DNA from: a virus | Taxonomy: Duplodnaviria > Caudoviricetes | IMG/VR virus record: IMGVR_UViG_3300021431_000075 | Coordinates: 576,001 to 640,000 of that record | Length of the DNA: 64,000 bases | Direction: 5' to 3' (one strand) | In this document: positions 48,491 to 58,405 of the stretch, in pieces | How positions within the stretch are numbered: the stretch's first letter is position 1 | Layout of the letters: each line of letters opens with the position of its first letter | Made by a program: the position numbers and the translations under genes | Notes under the pieces: generated by a model | What the model saw: the letters and a program-made list of their open reading frames with translations, nothing else | Told to the model about the DNA's origin: nothing | Databases searched by the model: none

Positions 48491-50329
48491 TTATGAGAAC
48501 ATATCTTCAAGCATCTTGAAGTAGTCCATGTTATAGCCAAGCATCCTTGCAGCATCAGAAGATGCATTCTCCGCGCTCTCGTTAACCGCATATCTCTGAA
48601 CAACATTCTCGTTCATGAGGCTTGCAGCCTTTCTCTGACGGAGACCGGTCTTTGCCCAGAAATCCTCACAGTCTTCCTTCGTCTTGATCATGACATACTT
48701 GGCAGACTCCTCGATTGCATCTTGCACATCCAGCGGAGCCTCAGCGAACAGTCTCTTGTCCTCGTCGCTTGCAAGACGAATCCAGTTCTTAAGTTCTCTC
48801 TGCTCCTTGATGAGCGGAGTCTTCCAGAGCTCGTTGATTGTCTGAACATCCATGATGTTGTGCTCGACGATAAACTTCTGGACCTTGTTCTTCTGTGCAG
48901 GCTGCAATGCGGCAAACTGCGCGAAGTTATCATCAGACAGCAAGATAGAGAACGGATAGTTATTAACGATAGACTCCTTGACATCAGAAACCTTCTTTGC
49001 CTTGTTGATGAGGTCCTTCACCTTCTGCATGTCGCTCTTTGTCTGCTTCTTGATGGTCTCGACGCTTGCACGGTCGTTAAGACTCTTTTTCTCGACTTCC
49101 TTAGCAAGCTTCTTCTGCTCCTTTGTCTTGATTTCATTCGGAGCCTTCACGTCATCCTCAGAAGAAACGCCGCCGCACTCGTCAGTGGTCTCCTTCTCGT
49201 CATCTTCCTTATCTTCCTTATCTTCCTTATTCTTGTCGTTGTCTTCCTTGTCCTCACTCTTCTCGTCATCTTCTTCATCATCAACCGCGATAGACTCGAT
49301 TCCGAGAATCTTGGAACGCTTCTCATCCTTCTCTTCCTGAGTCATCGTCTCGCCATCAGCAGAGATTGCTTCCATACCAAGAATCTTGGAACGCTTTGCA
49401 TCCTTCTCTTCCTGAGTCATCTCTTTTTCAGATGAAGATGTATCTTCTTTCTTGTCATCATTCTTCTTGTCATCCTTGCTGTCGTCAGAATCCTTCTTGT
49501 CATCCTTCTTCTTATCATCATCCTGATCAGCGGTCAATGGATTGATGTCCGCTTCCGGCAAAGAGAAAGTCTCTTCATCTGACTCGTTAACTGGTCTGCA
49601 AAGTTCTCTCATATTGATTGGCATTTTCTTCATTCTTTCTATTTCTTCTGAATATGGAACCGGCTGGCTTGCCTCGCATACAGTGACGCCCTCGCAAAGA
49701 ATGCCGTACTTCTCCTTCGTGTTCTTGACTTCTTTCTGCTGAGACGCATAAGACTCGTTGAGATAATTGACAGCATTCTTACTCAGCTTGCCATTGTAAG
49801 ACTCGTTAACCCTTTCAAGCTTCGCTTCCTCGAAACCGGGTTCTGCAACCAAGTCATAAGTTATAATCTGCTGGATATCAACTGTCTTATCCGGTCTCAC
49901 TGTTCCGCAAGCACGAGATGAAACATAGCACGGATAACCTGCATCAAAAAGTTCCTTTGCTGTGTTTCCTGCCTGCGTATCAAGCAAACGGATAGTTCCC
50001 ACAACACAGCATGTTTTCGGGTCGAACATGATGTTCTCGATAATATGGCTTGCACACTTGAGCTGCGTGTCGAACCTGTCAATCGGATGGTCAAGCTCGC
50101 CGAGCAACGAGTTTTCTGCACACTTCTTTCTCAAGTAAACAAGATGGCGAAGCATCTCACTTGCTTCGTATATGCGTCCGTTCCTATTGACAATTTTATG
50201 GTTTTCATCGCTACAAGCCGTGAACACGCCGCTGAAACGATATGAGCGATTGTCCTTGGCACCGCTCACCGCCTCAAGCAACAACGGCTGTGACGATTTG
50301 CTTTTAATAATCAAGTTTTTATTAGTCAT
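48491..50329 (-). CDS. Prohead maturation protease (T4 gp21-like) fused to acidic scaffold-like region
   Basis: NRNGRIY, LLGELDHP, VSSRACG, TYDLVAEPGF; D/E/K-rich middle. Confidence 0.85.
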   Translation of the reverse strand: MTNKNLIIKSKSSQPLLLEAVSGAKDNRSYRFSGVFTACSDENHKIVNRNGRIYEASEMLRHLVYLRKKCAENSLLGELDHPIDRFDTQLKCASHIIENIMFDPKTCCVVGTIRLLDTQAGNTAKELFDAGYPCYVSSRACGTVRPDKTVDIQQIITYDLVAEPGFEEAKLERVNESYNGKLSKNAVNYLNESYASQQKEVKNTKEKYGILCEGVTVCEASQPVPYSEEIERMKKMPINMRELCRPVNESDEETFSLPEADINPLTADQDDDKKKDDKKDSDDSKDDKKNDDKKEDTSSSEKEMTQEEKDAKRSKILGMEAISADGETMTQEEKDEKRSKILGIESIAVDDEEDDEKSEDKEDNDKNKEDKEDKEDDEKETTDECGGVSSEDDVKAPNEIKTKEQKKLAKEVEKKSLNDRASVETIKKQTKSDMQKVKDLINKAKKVSDVKESIVNNYPFSILLSDDNFAQFAALQPAQKNKVQKFIVEHNIMDVQTINELWKTPLIKEQRELKNWIRLASDEDKRLFAEAPLDVQDAIEESAKYVMIKTKEDCEDFWAKTGLRQRKAASLMNENVVQRYAVNESAENASSDAARMLGYNMDYFKMLEDMFS

Positions 50330-50357
50330 GACTTTTAATAAAACACTTTTATTTTAT

Positions 50358-50365
50358 TATTTATC
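50358..50365 (-). promoter_or_regulatory. Putative late promoter GATAAATA
   Basis: 28 nt upstream of the protease ATG. Confidence 0.6.
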
Positions 50366-50489
50366 AATTCCAAAAACAAATAGATTATTGATTAGAAAAG
50401 AAGAAACTGCAACTATCTGCTATGTATAACAGACGATTGCAGTTTCAGAGAATTACAAGATATTCGGCTCGTGCGCCTTTAAATCCGAA

Positions 50490-50999
50490 TCAGTCTTTTT
50501 TCTTCTTAAAGTTCTTGTTGAAGTTACGCGAGTTTCTTCTGTATGACGGCAGAACAAAATCCGTAACTTTCGAGTACTTGTCCTCGTTCTGCTCGAACCA
50601 TGCATCAAGCTTGTTAAGAATATATGTGCGGTCGTTCCTAACAACATAGTCAAGAATGCTCACGTTCACAAGAGCATCTCGCAGCAACTTGTATGTATCA
50701 TATGTTGACTGAATCTGAATGTTCCTGTCATTGTCAATCCAGACAAAATACAAGTTACGCTCGCCTCCGATTTCTCGCACGCCACCTACCAGCATACCGT
50801 ACTGGTCTGCATTGAACTTGATATATTTTCCGCCGTCTCTCTCGACTGCCTTGATAAGCGATTCTAACATCTTCCTGTCAAGTTCTTCTTTTGACAACTT
50901 TGGCTTTCTGAAAGAATTAGAACGGTTGTTTCCGTTTCGTTTCTTCCTTTCTGAACTGAAGTCTATTGCAACAGCCGATTTCTTGATAATCTCGCTCAT
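50490..50999 (-). CDS. Hypothetical basic protein
   Basis: 169-aa ORF with core-like codon usage. Confidence 0.6.
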   Translation of the reverse strand: MSEIIKKSAVAIDFSSERKKRNGNNRSNSFRKPKLSKEELDRKMLESLIKAVERDGGKYIKFNADQYGMLVGGVREIGGERNLYFVWIDNDRNIQIQSTYDTYKLLRDALVNVSILDYVVRNDRTYILNKLDAWFEQNEDKYSKVTDFVLPSYRRNSRNFNKNFKKKKD

Positions 51000-51038
51000 T
51001 TCTCTAAAATGTTTTTAATTAAAATTGTTTCTTTTGGA

Positions 51039-51065
51039 GTATACAATGAAAAATGATTTTAGTTT
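51039..51065 (-). promoter_or_regulatory. Bipartite motif AAACTA-N13-TTGTATAC (putative phage-sigma promoter)
   Basis: Exact motif and spacing at three intergenic sites. Confidence 0.65.
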
Positions 51066-51085
51066 AAATATTTTGAAAAAAATAA

Positions 51086-52090
51086 TTATAAGAAAATCCC
51101 ATGCTTATCAAGAGCGACTCTTATGCTCATGGCAACATGATATGCAAGATTAACCGGAACCGCATTTCCGACCATCTTGTAGCCCATATTCACATCTTTG
51201 TAATAGAATATGAAATCATCCGGGAATGTCTGAATTCTTGCAACCTCGCGAACAGTCATCCTTCTGTACAAATGCTCATATCCCGGAGCAAATATCTGGC
51301 TGTTCGGACCAGTCTTGACCATTTTCGGAGCCTGCGGATGCAACTGGCACTGACGGCCGCTTGCCTGAACAGTGAATGCAGGTTCATCCCATGAACGAAC
51401 CCTGTTTCTTGACATGAATATCGGAGAATATGAACCTGTAAAGTACTCATGGTTCGGAACTGCGCATGCATCACCGTTCGTCTTGTTCTTCTCAAGAGCC
51501 GGAATCGCGTTGTCCTTTAAGTCCAATATACACTCGCGCAATGTCGGCTTATGATCACATGGTCTCGGATACTCAAAGTCATGGATTTCCAAGTCCTTTC
51601 TGAAACCTATATAGAATACCCGAAGCCTGTCTTCCGGACATTCAAAGTCATTCGCGTTCAGCATCTTAAGGTTGACATTATAGCCAGCATCATCAAAAAG
51701 ACGCATAAATCCATCAACTGCCGCAGAATGTCGCTTTGCCAGCATTCCAGAAACATTCTCAGCAACAAAGAAAAGTGGCTGCACTGCCTTCAATATTCTA
51801 ATATACTCATAGAAAAGTTGACCGCGCGCATCATCTATTCCTCTCAATGTTCCGCCCTCGCTCCAAGACTGGCATGGTGGACCGCCGATAATTCCTGCTA
51901 TCTGTTCTGGAAATACGTTTTCTTTCAAATCTCGTATGTCTCCTTCAATCAATTGCGTGTCAGGGAAATTAGCTTTGAATGTCGGACATATCTTGGAATC
52001 AAATTCATTTGCTATAATGGTCTGGAATCCAGCATTATGAAAACCTTTGTCAAGACCACCAGCACCTGAAAATAAACTGATTAAATTCAT
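51086..52090 (-). CDS. Orphan DNA (cytosine-5) methyltransferase, M.HaeIII-like
   Basis: [36 protein letters not shown]; closely resembles M.HaeIII as recalled. Confidence 0.9.
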   Translation of the reverse strand: MNLISLFSGAGGLDKGFHNAGFQTIIANEFDSKICPTFKANFPDTQLIEGDIRDLKENVFPEQIAGIIGGPPCQSWSEGGTLRGIDDARGQLFYEYIRILKAVQPLFFVAENVSGMLAKRHSAAVDGFMRLFDDAGYNVNLKMLNANDFECPEDRLRVFYIGFRKDLEIHDFEYPRPCDHKPTLRECILDLKDNAIPALEKNKTNGDACAVPNHEYFTGSYSPIFMSRNRVRSWDEPAFTVQASGRQCQLHPQAPKMVKTGPNSQIFAPGYEHLYRRMTVREVARIQTFPDDFIFYYKDVNMGYKMVGNAVPVNLAYHVAMSIRVALDKHGIFL

Positions 52091-52127
52091 TGAAAGAAAA
52101 TAAATATTTAAATTACAACACAACCTG

Positions 52128-52586
52128 ATGAGAAACGACTACAAACAAGACTTTCTTGACGAATTCAAGAGACTAACACACATCGACGATTTGACAATGC
52201 AAGATGTCATCGGCGCGATGTACATCATGTTCAAGAACTGCCAGCTCAGGAAAGCGTCAAGCGGTCCCATCTACTCAAAGAAGCAGCTCACGTATCTTCA
52301 TCAAGAACTTCTCAACGGAGACGACTTCTACTCATCAGGTTTATCAAACTTCAAGGACGCTGTCCGCCAGACAAGACATGACCGCAAAGCAAGAGTCTCA
52401 AAAGAAGAACTTGCAAGACGACAAGAGCAAGAAAGAATCCATTACTATGACGACTGCAAATTAAGGAGTCCGGAAGAAGACATGTCTTTTGTTTCAAACG
52501 AACTTCTAAACAACGACGACATCTTCTATGAGTCTGTTCTGTTCAGCAAGTTCAAGAAAAACAACAGAGACCTATTTCTCTTTTGA
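52128..52586 (+). CDS. Hypothetical protein
   Basis: 152-aa ORF divergent from the methyltransferase. Confidence 0.55.
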   Translation: MRNDYKQDFLDEFKRLTHIDDLTMQDVIGAMYIMFKNCQLRKASSGPIYSKKQLTYLHQELLNGDDFYSSGLSNFKDAVRQTRHDRKARVSKEELARRQEQERIHYYDDCKLRSPEEDMSFVSNELLNNDDIFYESVLFSKFKKNNRDLFLF

Positions 52587-53048
52587 GTCGTTCTTGTCTT
52601 TCTTTGGCTTGCTCGTCTCTCCAAGCCATCCGCTTATGTTCTGATATATCATATTGCACTTATGGATTCTATGTTCCTCATCACCATCCATGTCATCAAT
52701 ATGCATCAGAATGAACCGCTTTCTGTCCATCTCCCTGACTTTCTGAGTCAAACCGTAGTTTGCACGAACAAAACTGGTTGTTCTTCCATATTCTCTATCT
52801 GAATATATGTTATGCTCGTGCGGAAAGTCAGAGTACTCTCTATTGATAGACACAATAAGTTCATCAAGCCATCTCCAGCATTCAACCGGCGCAGGCTCGA
52901 TTCCCTGATACTTGCAGCAAATGTCCCTAATCTGCTGGATATTCTCGTTGATATGCTTATAAATGACAACTTTTATGAAGTCGCAATAGTCAACAGACTT
53001 CTTCGGCTTCCGATTTGACTTTTTCGGTTCAACATTCTTTTTTGCCAT
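52572..53048 (-). CDS. Hypothetical protein
   Basis: 158-aa ORF in operon-like run. Confidence 0.6.
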   Translation of the reverse strand: MAKKNVEPKKSNRKPKKSVDYCDFIKVVIYKHINENIQQIRDICCKYQGIEPAPVECWRWLDELIVSINREYSDFPHEHNIYSDREYGRTTSFVRANYGLTQKVREMDRKRFILMHIDDMDGDEEHRIHKCNMIYQNISGWLGETSKPKKDKNDSKEK

Positions 53049-53406
53049 CTACATTACATTTAATTTGTCTCATAACTCCAATAGTTCTTTCCACTACTTC
53101 TTTCAAAGGCATCACATCGATCACTAACGTTTTGTGGTTCAATGCCAATGAAAACATCACGTCATCCGTCAGTTCTCCAACATTTGATGCAACCGAGAGA
53201 AACAATCCGTTTTCCAGATTCAAATTAAAATCTATCAAGTTCTTCTTTCTGCTCACATCAACGAATGCGCTGCATATGTTCAAGCATTTTAGTTCATTGG
53301 CAATCTTCATAAACAAAGGTTCAAAATGCTCAATATCATCTTGAGAATCGTTGAAGTTCTCTGAAAATGACTTATATAATTTATCGAAACATTTTTCTTC
53401 CATCAT
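53029..53406 (-). CDS. Hypothetical protein
   Basis: 125-aa ORF immediately after the helicase. Confidence 0.55.
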   Translation of the reverse strand: MMEEKCFDKLYKSFSENFNDSQDDIEHFEPLFMKIANELKCLNICSAFVDVSRKKNLIDFNLNLENGLFLSVASNVGELTDDVMFSLALNHKTLVIDVMPLKEVVERTIGVMRQIKCNVDGKKEC

Positions 53407-53411
53407 TTTTG

Positions 53412-55364
53412 CTATGAATTGATAACTTTAATCCTGTTCCGAATGTCCGGAGAGTACTGCCCGGAAGTCTCCTCGTACAACTTACCAAAACATCCGTCCA
53501 GAATGAACGTCGTGCAATAGTCGCTCTCGTTCCTGACACCGCGACCGATGTTCTGGATAATCGTGTTCGATGTCGTTGATGTGTACCACAGGGGAAATAT
53601 GTTCATCTTCGCCTTGACCGTCTTTGAAGATATGTTCGGGTACGGAACCTTCGCTATGATAATGAACCTGCACAAGTCCCCCGGCAAGTCAACACCCTCG
53701 ACAAGAGTCGGTCCGATGATGACATTGTTCCTTGAGTTTATATATTTCTTGATTTGCTCGTTCTTGTCTTTTGATGTTATGTACATGCACAGTCGCTTCT
53801 TGATTTCAGGCGGCGCGTCATCATAGATGGACTTCGCATTGTCATATGAACCGGTGTTAATCATCCCGTGCTGTTCAGAGAACTGCGGAGATGCAAGAAT
53901 CCTGTAAATGATTTTCTTGATTTCCGGAAAATCAACACTCTTTCTGTTATATGACATCTTGTATGTCGGAATGTAGTATATCGGAGACTTCGTGAAGTCG
54001 AATATGTTCGGAATGTCAAGATAGCGAGCCTGCTTGCTATCTGTGTATTGAACACCGATGCTTTCAGAAAAGAAATCCTTGTTTCCGACAGTCGCAGATG
54101 TACAGACCTTGAACTTCGCGTTCTTCATCAGGAACCTGTAACACAGATAGTCATCCTTGACGCAGTTCAACTCGTATGAAACTGCCTGCGTCATCCTATC
54201 AACAATCTTCTCGACCACGACAAACTCATCGCCGGCATCATCAATGCAGTTCACGAACTCGCAAACCATCGACGCGTAGTTGTGAACCCATGACAGAATC
54301 TTGAATGAAGTCATCAAGTCCTTGTCTTCCTTCGTCTGCCGGTAAGACGGCTTTGTCGAAAAATCAGAACCGTGATTGTTCTTGATAAATTCAAGGCACT
54401 TATCAGCGACTCCGTTCACGAAAGCCATCAGACTTCCAAACTCCCTGATAAACGAAGCCTTCATCATCATAAGATTGTCTTGCTTGGACGATATGGAAAA
54501 GCAGTGCATGAAATAGTCATACTTGTCAAGAATATCATTGACACTTGCGACTTTCGACATCGGCATTCCGGCTATGCTAAACTGTTCAGACCCAGCAAGT
54601 TCCCTTGCAATGTCGTCACGAAGAAACTCAACACAAGCCGGAGCCTCGACACCGTTCAACATGGCATAGTTCAATACTATCTCTATCTTTGCACGGTCCG
54701 CTTCAACATTAATGACAGGCTTTGAAAAATTCTCAACAATAGTCGGAATATTATGGCACTCGTCGCAGAATATCACATCCCGCGGAAAGAAACCGGCAGC
54801 ATCATCGCTACTACGTTCAACAAGATTCATCTGGTATAACCACAACTGATATGTCAACAAAGTCACATCTGTCTTTTCAGCACGAAAACGATGCATCATG
54901 TACTGACACGTGTCAACACAGTTGAAACCCATACGCTCTCTTGATTCCTTATTCCTGAGGATTTTCAATCCGACCTTCTGAATCTTGCACATGCCGAGAT
55001 TGTAGTCCATGTGGTTCTTGAAACAAGTGTAGTTACCAATAGAACCTTTCAAATAACCGAAACGCTTCAGCTTGAACTTGTTAATCGCGTCCATATACTG
55101 AGACCACAAGTACAAATCAGATGCAAGTATATAAGACTTCTTTCCGTAGTATGTAGCAAGAACACCGGCAGATATAATACATATCAGGCTCTTGCCTGAA
55201 CCGGTCGGAGCCTGAATAACAGTCGTCTCATGCGACTTGTTGATAATGTTGTCTATTATGTACACTATAGACTCAAGCTGATTCTTTCTGAACGAAAACC
55301 TGTCTCCAAGATTCTCGCCAGCCCACTTGACAACATTGTCTCTTATTTCGATTAGTTCTGCCAT
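53412..55364 (-). CDS. DinG/XPD-family SF2 helicase
   Basis: Q-motif FRKNQ, Walker A APTGSGKS, four Cys (Fe-S-like), DECH, EGVDLPGD, QNIGRGVR. Confidence 0.9.
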   Translation of the reverse strand: MAELIEIRDNVVKWAGENLGDRFSFRKNQLESIVYIIDNIINKSHETTVIQAPTGSGKSLICIISAGVLATYYGKKSYILASDLYLWSQYMDAINKFKLKRFGYLKGSIGNYTCFKNHMDYNLGMCKIQKVGLKILRNKESRERMGFNCVDTCQYMMHRFRAEKTDVTLLTYQLWLYQMNLVERSSDDAAGFFPRDVIFCDECHNIPTIVENFSKPVINVEADRAKIEIVLNYAMLNGVEAPACVEFLRDDIARELAGSEQFSIAGMPMSKVASVNDILDKYDYFMHCFSISSKQDNLMMMKASFIREFGSLMAFVNGVADKCLEFIKNNHGSDFSTKPSYRQTKEDKDLMTSFKILSWVHNYASMVCEFVNCIDDAGDEFVVVEKIVDRMTQAVSYELNCVKDDYLCYRFLMKNAKFKVCTSATVGNKDFFSESIGVQYTDSKQARYLDIPNIFDFTKSPIYYIPTYKMSYNRKSVDFPEIKKIIYRILASPQFSEQHGMINTGSYDNAKSIYDDAPPEIKKRLCMYITSKDKNEQIKKYINSRNNVIIGPTLVEGVDLPGDLCRFIIIAKVPYPNISSKTVKAKMNIFPLWYTSTTSNTIIQNIGRGVRNESDYCTTFILDGCFGKLYEETSGQYSPDIRNRIKVINS

Positions 55365-55477
55365 TTCTTTAAACAAAAAGGCAGAAAGTTCATCATGCAA
55401 AAAAATTATTAAAAAAACAATCAGAACTTCTGCCTCAACAAAAAACTACAATGAAAATGAACTATTAACTATTAAAA

Positions 55478-56338
55478 TTACTTTTTCTGTTCCTCGTTCG
55501 CGACATCAGTTGCAGCTTCACGAACAACTTCCTTCAACTTCTCGTCATCTTCCGGAAGATTGCTTGCAGTGATTGCATTGCTGAATTCAATGAACTCTTC
55601 AAGAGCGGAAATCTTAAGATTCATCTTCAACCCGGCATATGCCAAGTCAACTCTCTGCTTCAAGATGTTGAGTTTCTTGTCGATTCCGGCAAGCGTATCA
55701 ACATACATCTTCACTTTCTCAAGAATGCCGCTGTATGTTACAGGAGCATCTTCCTCTGACAAGGTATCCTTCTCGATATCATAATTCTCATATTTTGCGA
55801 TGAGAAGCGCGGATTCAAGACCTGTTCCGCTTGGATTCATCATTGAATTGTACAAGAATATGAGAGTCTGATAGTCGATTGCAAAGTCCTTCTCCGGGTC
55901 ATTCTCAAGTTCGGCAATATGCTTATCAACCACTCTGTCAAACATGATGACACCGCGCCATCCGGCTTTTTCCCAATGATTGAAATGAGCATTCCATTCT
56001 TTCAGGAACTTTGCAGACTTAAGGGCGAGTCCGTCCTCATGGACAGCAATGATGTAATTGCGGTTCTTTGTCTTCTCTATTTCATCCTCGAATGTTTTCT
56101 TTGCTTCCGCAATATCATCATCAGTCGCATCTTCCGGATCGATTTCAGCCCACTTTGAGAACTTGCTATTGAACTCCTTGCGTGTCGTGATTCGCATATA
56201 CTGAATCTGCTCGTCTGTGAACTCGCCAACCTCAGTAGGGATCACTTCTTCCTGCTTTTCAGTACCAACATCTACCGGCTTTTCTTCTTGCGCCTTTGTC
56301 TCAACAGTTTCAATTTTCTTCTGGTCTTTTTTAGACAT
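55478..56338 (-). CDS. Hypothetical acidic protein
   Basis: 286-aa ORF. Confidence 0.65.
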   Translation of the reverse strand: MSKKDQKKIETVETKAQEEKPVDVGTEKQEEVIPTEVGEFTDEQIQYMRITTRKEFNSKFSKWAEIDPEDATDDDIAEAKKTFEDEIEKTKNRNYIIAVHEDGLALKSAKFLKEWNAHFNHWEKAGWRGVIMFDRVVDKHIAELENDPEKDFAIDYQTLIFLYNSMMNPSGTGLESALLIAKYENYDIEKDTLSEEDAPVTYSGILEKVKMYVDTLAGIDKKLNILKQRVDLAYAGLKMNLKISALEEFIEFSNAITASNLPEDDEKLKEVVREAATDVANEEQKK

Positions 56339-56373
56339 ATAAATTATATTGATTTTTCTTTTTAGTCTTTACA

Positions 56374-56400
56374 GTATACAACAAAAGTCCGATTTAGTTT
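56374..56400 (-). promoter_or_regulatory. AAACTA-N13-TTGTATAC motif
   Basis: Second exact copy, upstream of 56338. Confidence 0.65.
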
Positions 56401-56617
56401 AAAATTTCGAGACTTTTATGAATCTTCTATACTTTTTCAACGCGCATATCGAACACGGAACAATCAGGTCAACACTCTTGTCATACATCTTCCGGAAGTT
56501 CTTAATCGAGTCCGAATTTGCATACAGTTGCCCGTAATACAGTACATCAACAGTCCCTCGACCGTTCTGTATGATGTTCTTCTTAAAGAATACGTTCCTG
56601 TATTTCTTTCCGTCCAT
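56399..56617 (-). CDS. Hypothetical small protein
   Basis: 72-aa ORF filling the gap in a co-oriented run. Confidence 0.5.
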   Translation of the reverse strand: MDGKKYRNVFFKKNIIQNGRGTVDVLYYGQLYANSDSIKNFRKMYDKSVDLIVPCSICALKKYRRFIKVSKF

Positions 56618-56629
56618 ATCTTTCTTAAA

Positions 56630-57139
56630 TTAAAGAACGAATGCAAATACTGTTCCTGCGACTGCAGCAACAACAGCAAGCGGAATGCCAAACACTTTCA
56701 TATATATCTTCGGCTTCATCTTGTCATCAACCATAGGGTTGAATCTCCACACAGCCAGATACGTGAGGCTGATTTCTTCAGATGACGGGTCCTCCACATG
56801 GTAGAACTCCGGTATCGTTATGTACTCTCCGCCGCCCATCTCCCTCTTAAGAAACTGCGTAGCAAAATACGTGTTCTCGTTCAGTTTGTCCTGTATCAAG
56901 TAGTCCTGCCCGCTTGTCTGGAACTCAACCGGGACAGAAGTAACCAGAAACACGCTCTCGCCGTCATCGCCAATCTTAAAATTCTGCTTCACGAACGGGC
57001 TTTCTGCATCAGCAGAAGCCTCGTGTATAACACGGACAAACTCCTTCTTGTATTTCTTATCGAGACCAATCTGTCGGTAAGCATTGACAGTCTCGTAGTA
57101 AAATTCCTTTAAATTCTCTAACCACTTCATTTTAGTCAA
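56630..57139 (-). CDS. Hypothetical protein with C-terminal transmembrane helix
   Basis: VFGIPLAVVAAVAGTVFAFVL tail. Confidence 0.65.
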   Translation of the reverse strand: MTKMKWLENLKEFYYETVNAYRQIGLDKKYKKEFVRVIHEASADAESPFVKQNFKIGDDGESVFLVTSVPVEFQTSGQDYLIQDKLNENTYFATQFLKREMGGGEYITIPEFYHVEDPSSEEISLTYLAVWRFNPMVDDKMKPKIYMKVFGIPLAVVAAVAGTVFAFVL

Positions 57140-58052
57140 AAATATAAATTAGGTCATTCTCATCATTGATCGAATCTACATATGAATTGTACTCAAGCTC
57201 ATTCAGGTCTTTCTCCTGATTGACATCAAGATACATTCTGTACAGATTCGAATGCTTGTCCATCATGATTTCAGAAAGAAGCCTCTTGTTCTGATAGTAT
57301 ATGTTCTTCGCGTCATGCTCCTTTATGTTGAGAGTCTGTCCGATTTGCTTGAACGTCATTCCCTGATTGATTTTCATATCAACAATCTTCCGGAACATCG
57401 GACTCATCGTGCTTATCTCTGCCAGGGAAGCGTCATATATGCGCTTCGTGACAACCTCATACGAGTTCGTCAGTATGTTCCCGTCATCATCGACCGTATA
57501 ATAGTTGTCAGGAGTGCTGTTCTTCTCATCGTGAGGATTGTCTCCGCGATATATGCTATCGACAATATCATTCAAGTCGATGTCCAGACAATAGTTGCGG
57601 TCTGTCTTGACAGCGGTCATGCAAAGATTCCTGCAAATCGTATAAAGCCATGTGCTATAAGTCTTTGCACGGTCAAACATGTCTCTGTAGTTCCATGCGC
57701 GCATGAATGTCTCTGAAACTATATCGTCAGACTTCTCCCAGTCTCCTATGATGCGTGCAGCATAGCTGTGAACACCATAGTAAAATCTCTTCCATATATT
57801 GGAAAAGTTAGAAGATGTTGGCTTGTTATAGAATTCCTCGACGATGTCTCTGTCTATCTCGGCTTGCGTTTTCGCTTTTCTTCCGGTTGATTTCTTCGAA
57901 TCGTTCTTCCGTGTCTTTGAATCTTCAACATAGTCACTTTCATATTCTTCGATGCTATCTAACCTATCATTGAAATTGTCGTCCGCATCTTCTGCCAGAC
58001 GACCTAATCCATCTGAAGCATAGTCATCATTAGTTCCAATTTCCTTAGTCAT
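57132..58052 (-). CDS. ECF-like RNA polymerase sigma factor
   Basis: Region 2 DDIVSETFMRAW...YSTWLYTICRN; region 4 HTH GMTFKQIGQTLNI; upstream host-type TATCTTTG box at 58221-58228. Confidence 0.85.
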   Translation of the reverse strand: MTKEIGTNDDYASDGLGRLAEDADDNFNDRLDSIEEYESDYVEDSKTRKNDSKKSTGRKAKTQAEIDRDIVEEFYNKPTSSNFSNIWKRFYYGVHSYAARIIGDWEKSDDIVSETFMRAWNYRDMFDRAKTYSTWLYTICRNLCMTAVKTDRNYCLDIDLNDIVDSIYRGDNPHDEKNSTPDNYYTVDDDGNILTNSYEVVTKRIYDASLAEISTMSPMFRKIVDMKINQGMTFKQIGQTLNIKEHDAKNIYYQNKRLLSEIMMDKHSNLYRMYLDVNQEKDLNELEYNSYVDSINDENDLIYIFD

Positions 58053-58405
58053 TGCAGTTAATTAATATTATCCTGATGAACAAAAAACATCTATTGTACT
58101 ATTTATAAATGTTTTTATTTGAATTAGAAATATGCATCTAAAAAATATTTAAAATTTCCTAAAATGCATAATTTTCAAGAAATTCATCAATCAAACATTT
58201 GTCGTGTCGATTTTATAGTGCAAAGATAAAAAACTTTTTTCAAAACAAAAAAATTTTTCAAGACTTCTTTAAAGTTTTTTAACCTAAAGTAGAAAAAGGC
58301 TTGAAAATAAAATTCAAGCCTTTGACTTTTTGTTAGTTTAACATACTGATTTTTAGCACAAAAGATATTTTTATGTCAAATTGCCAGCAAAATGAAAAGA
58401 AAATG

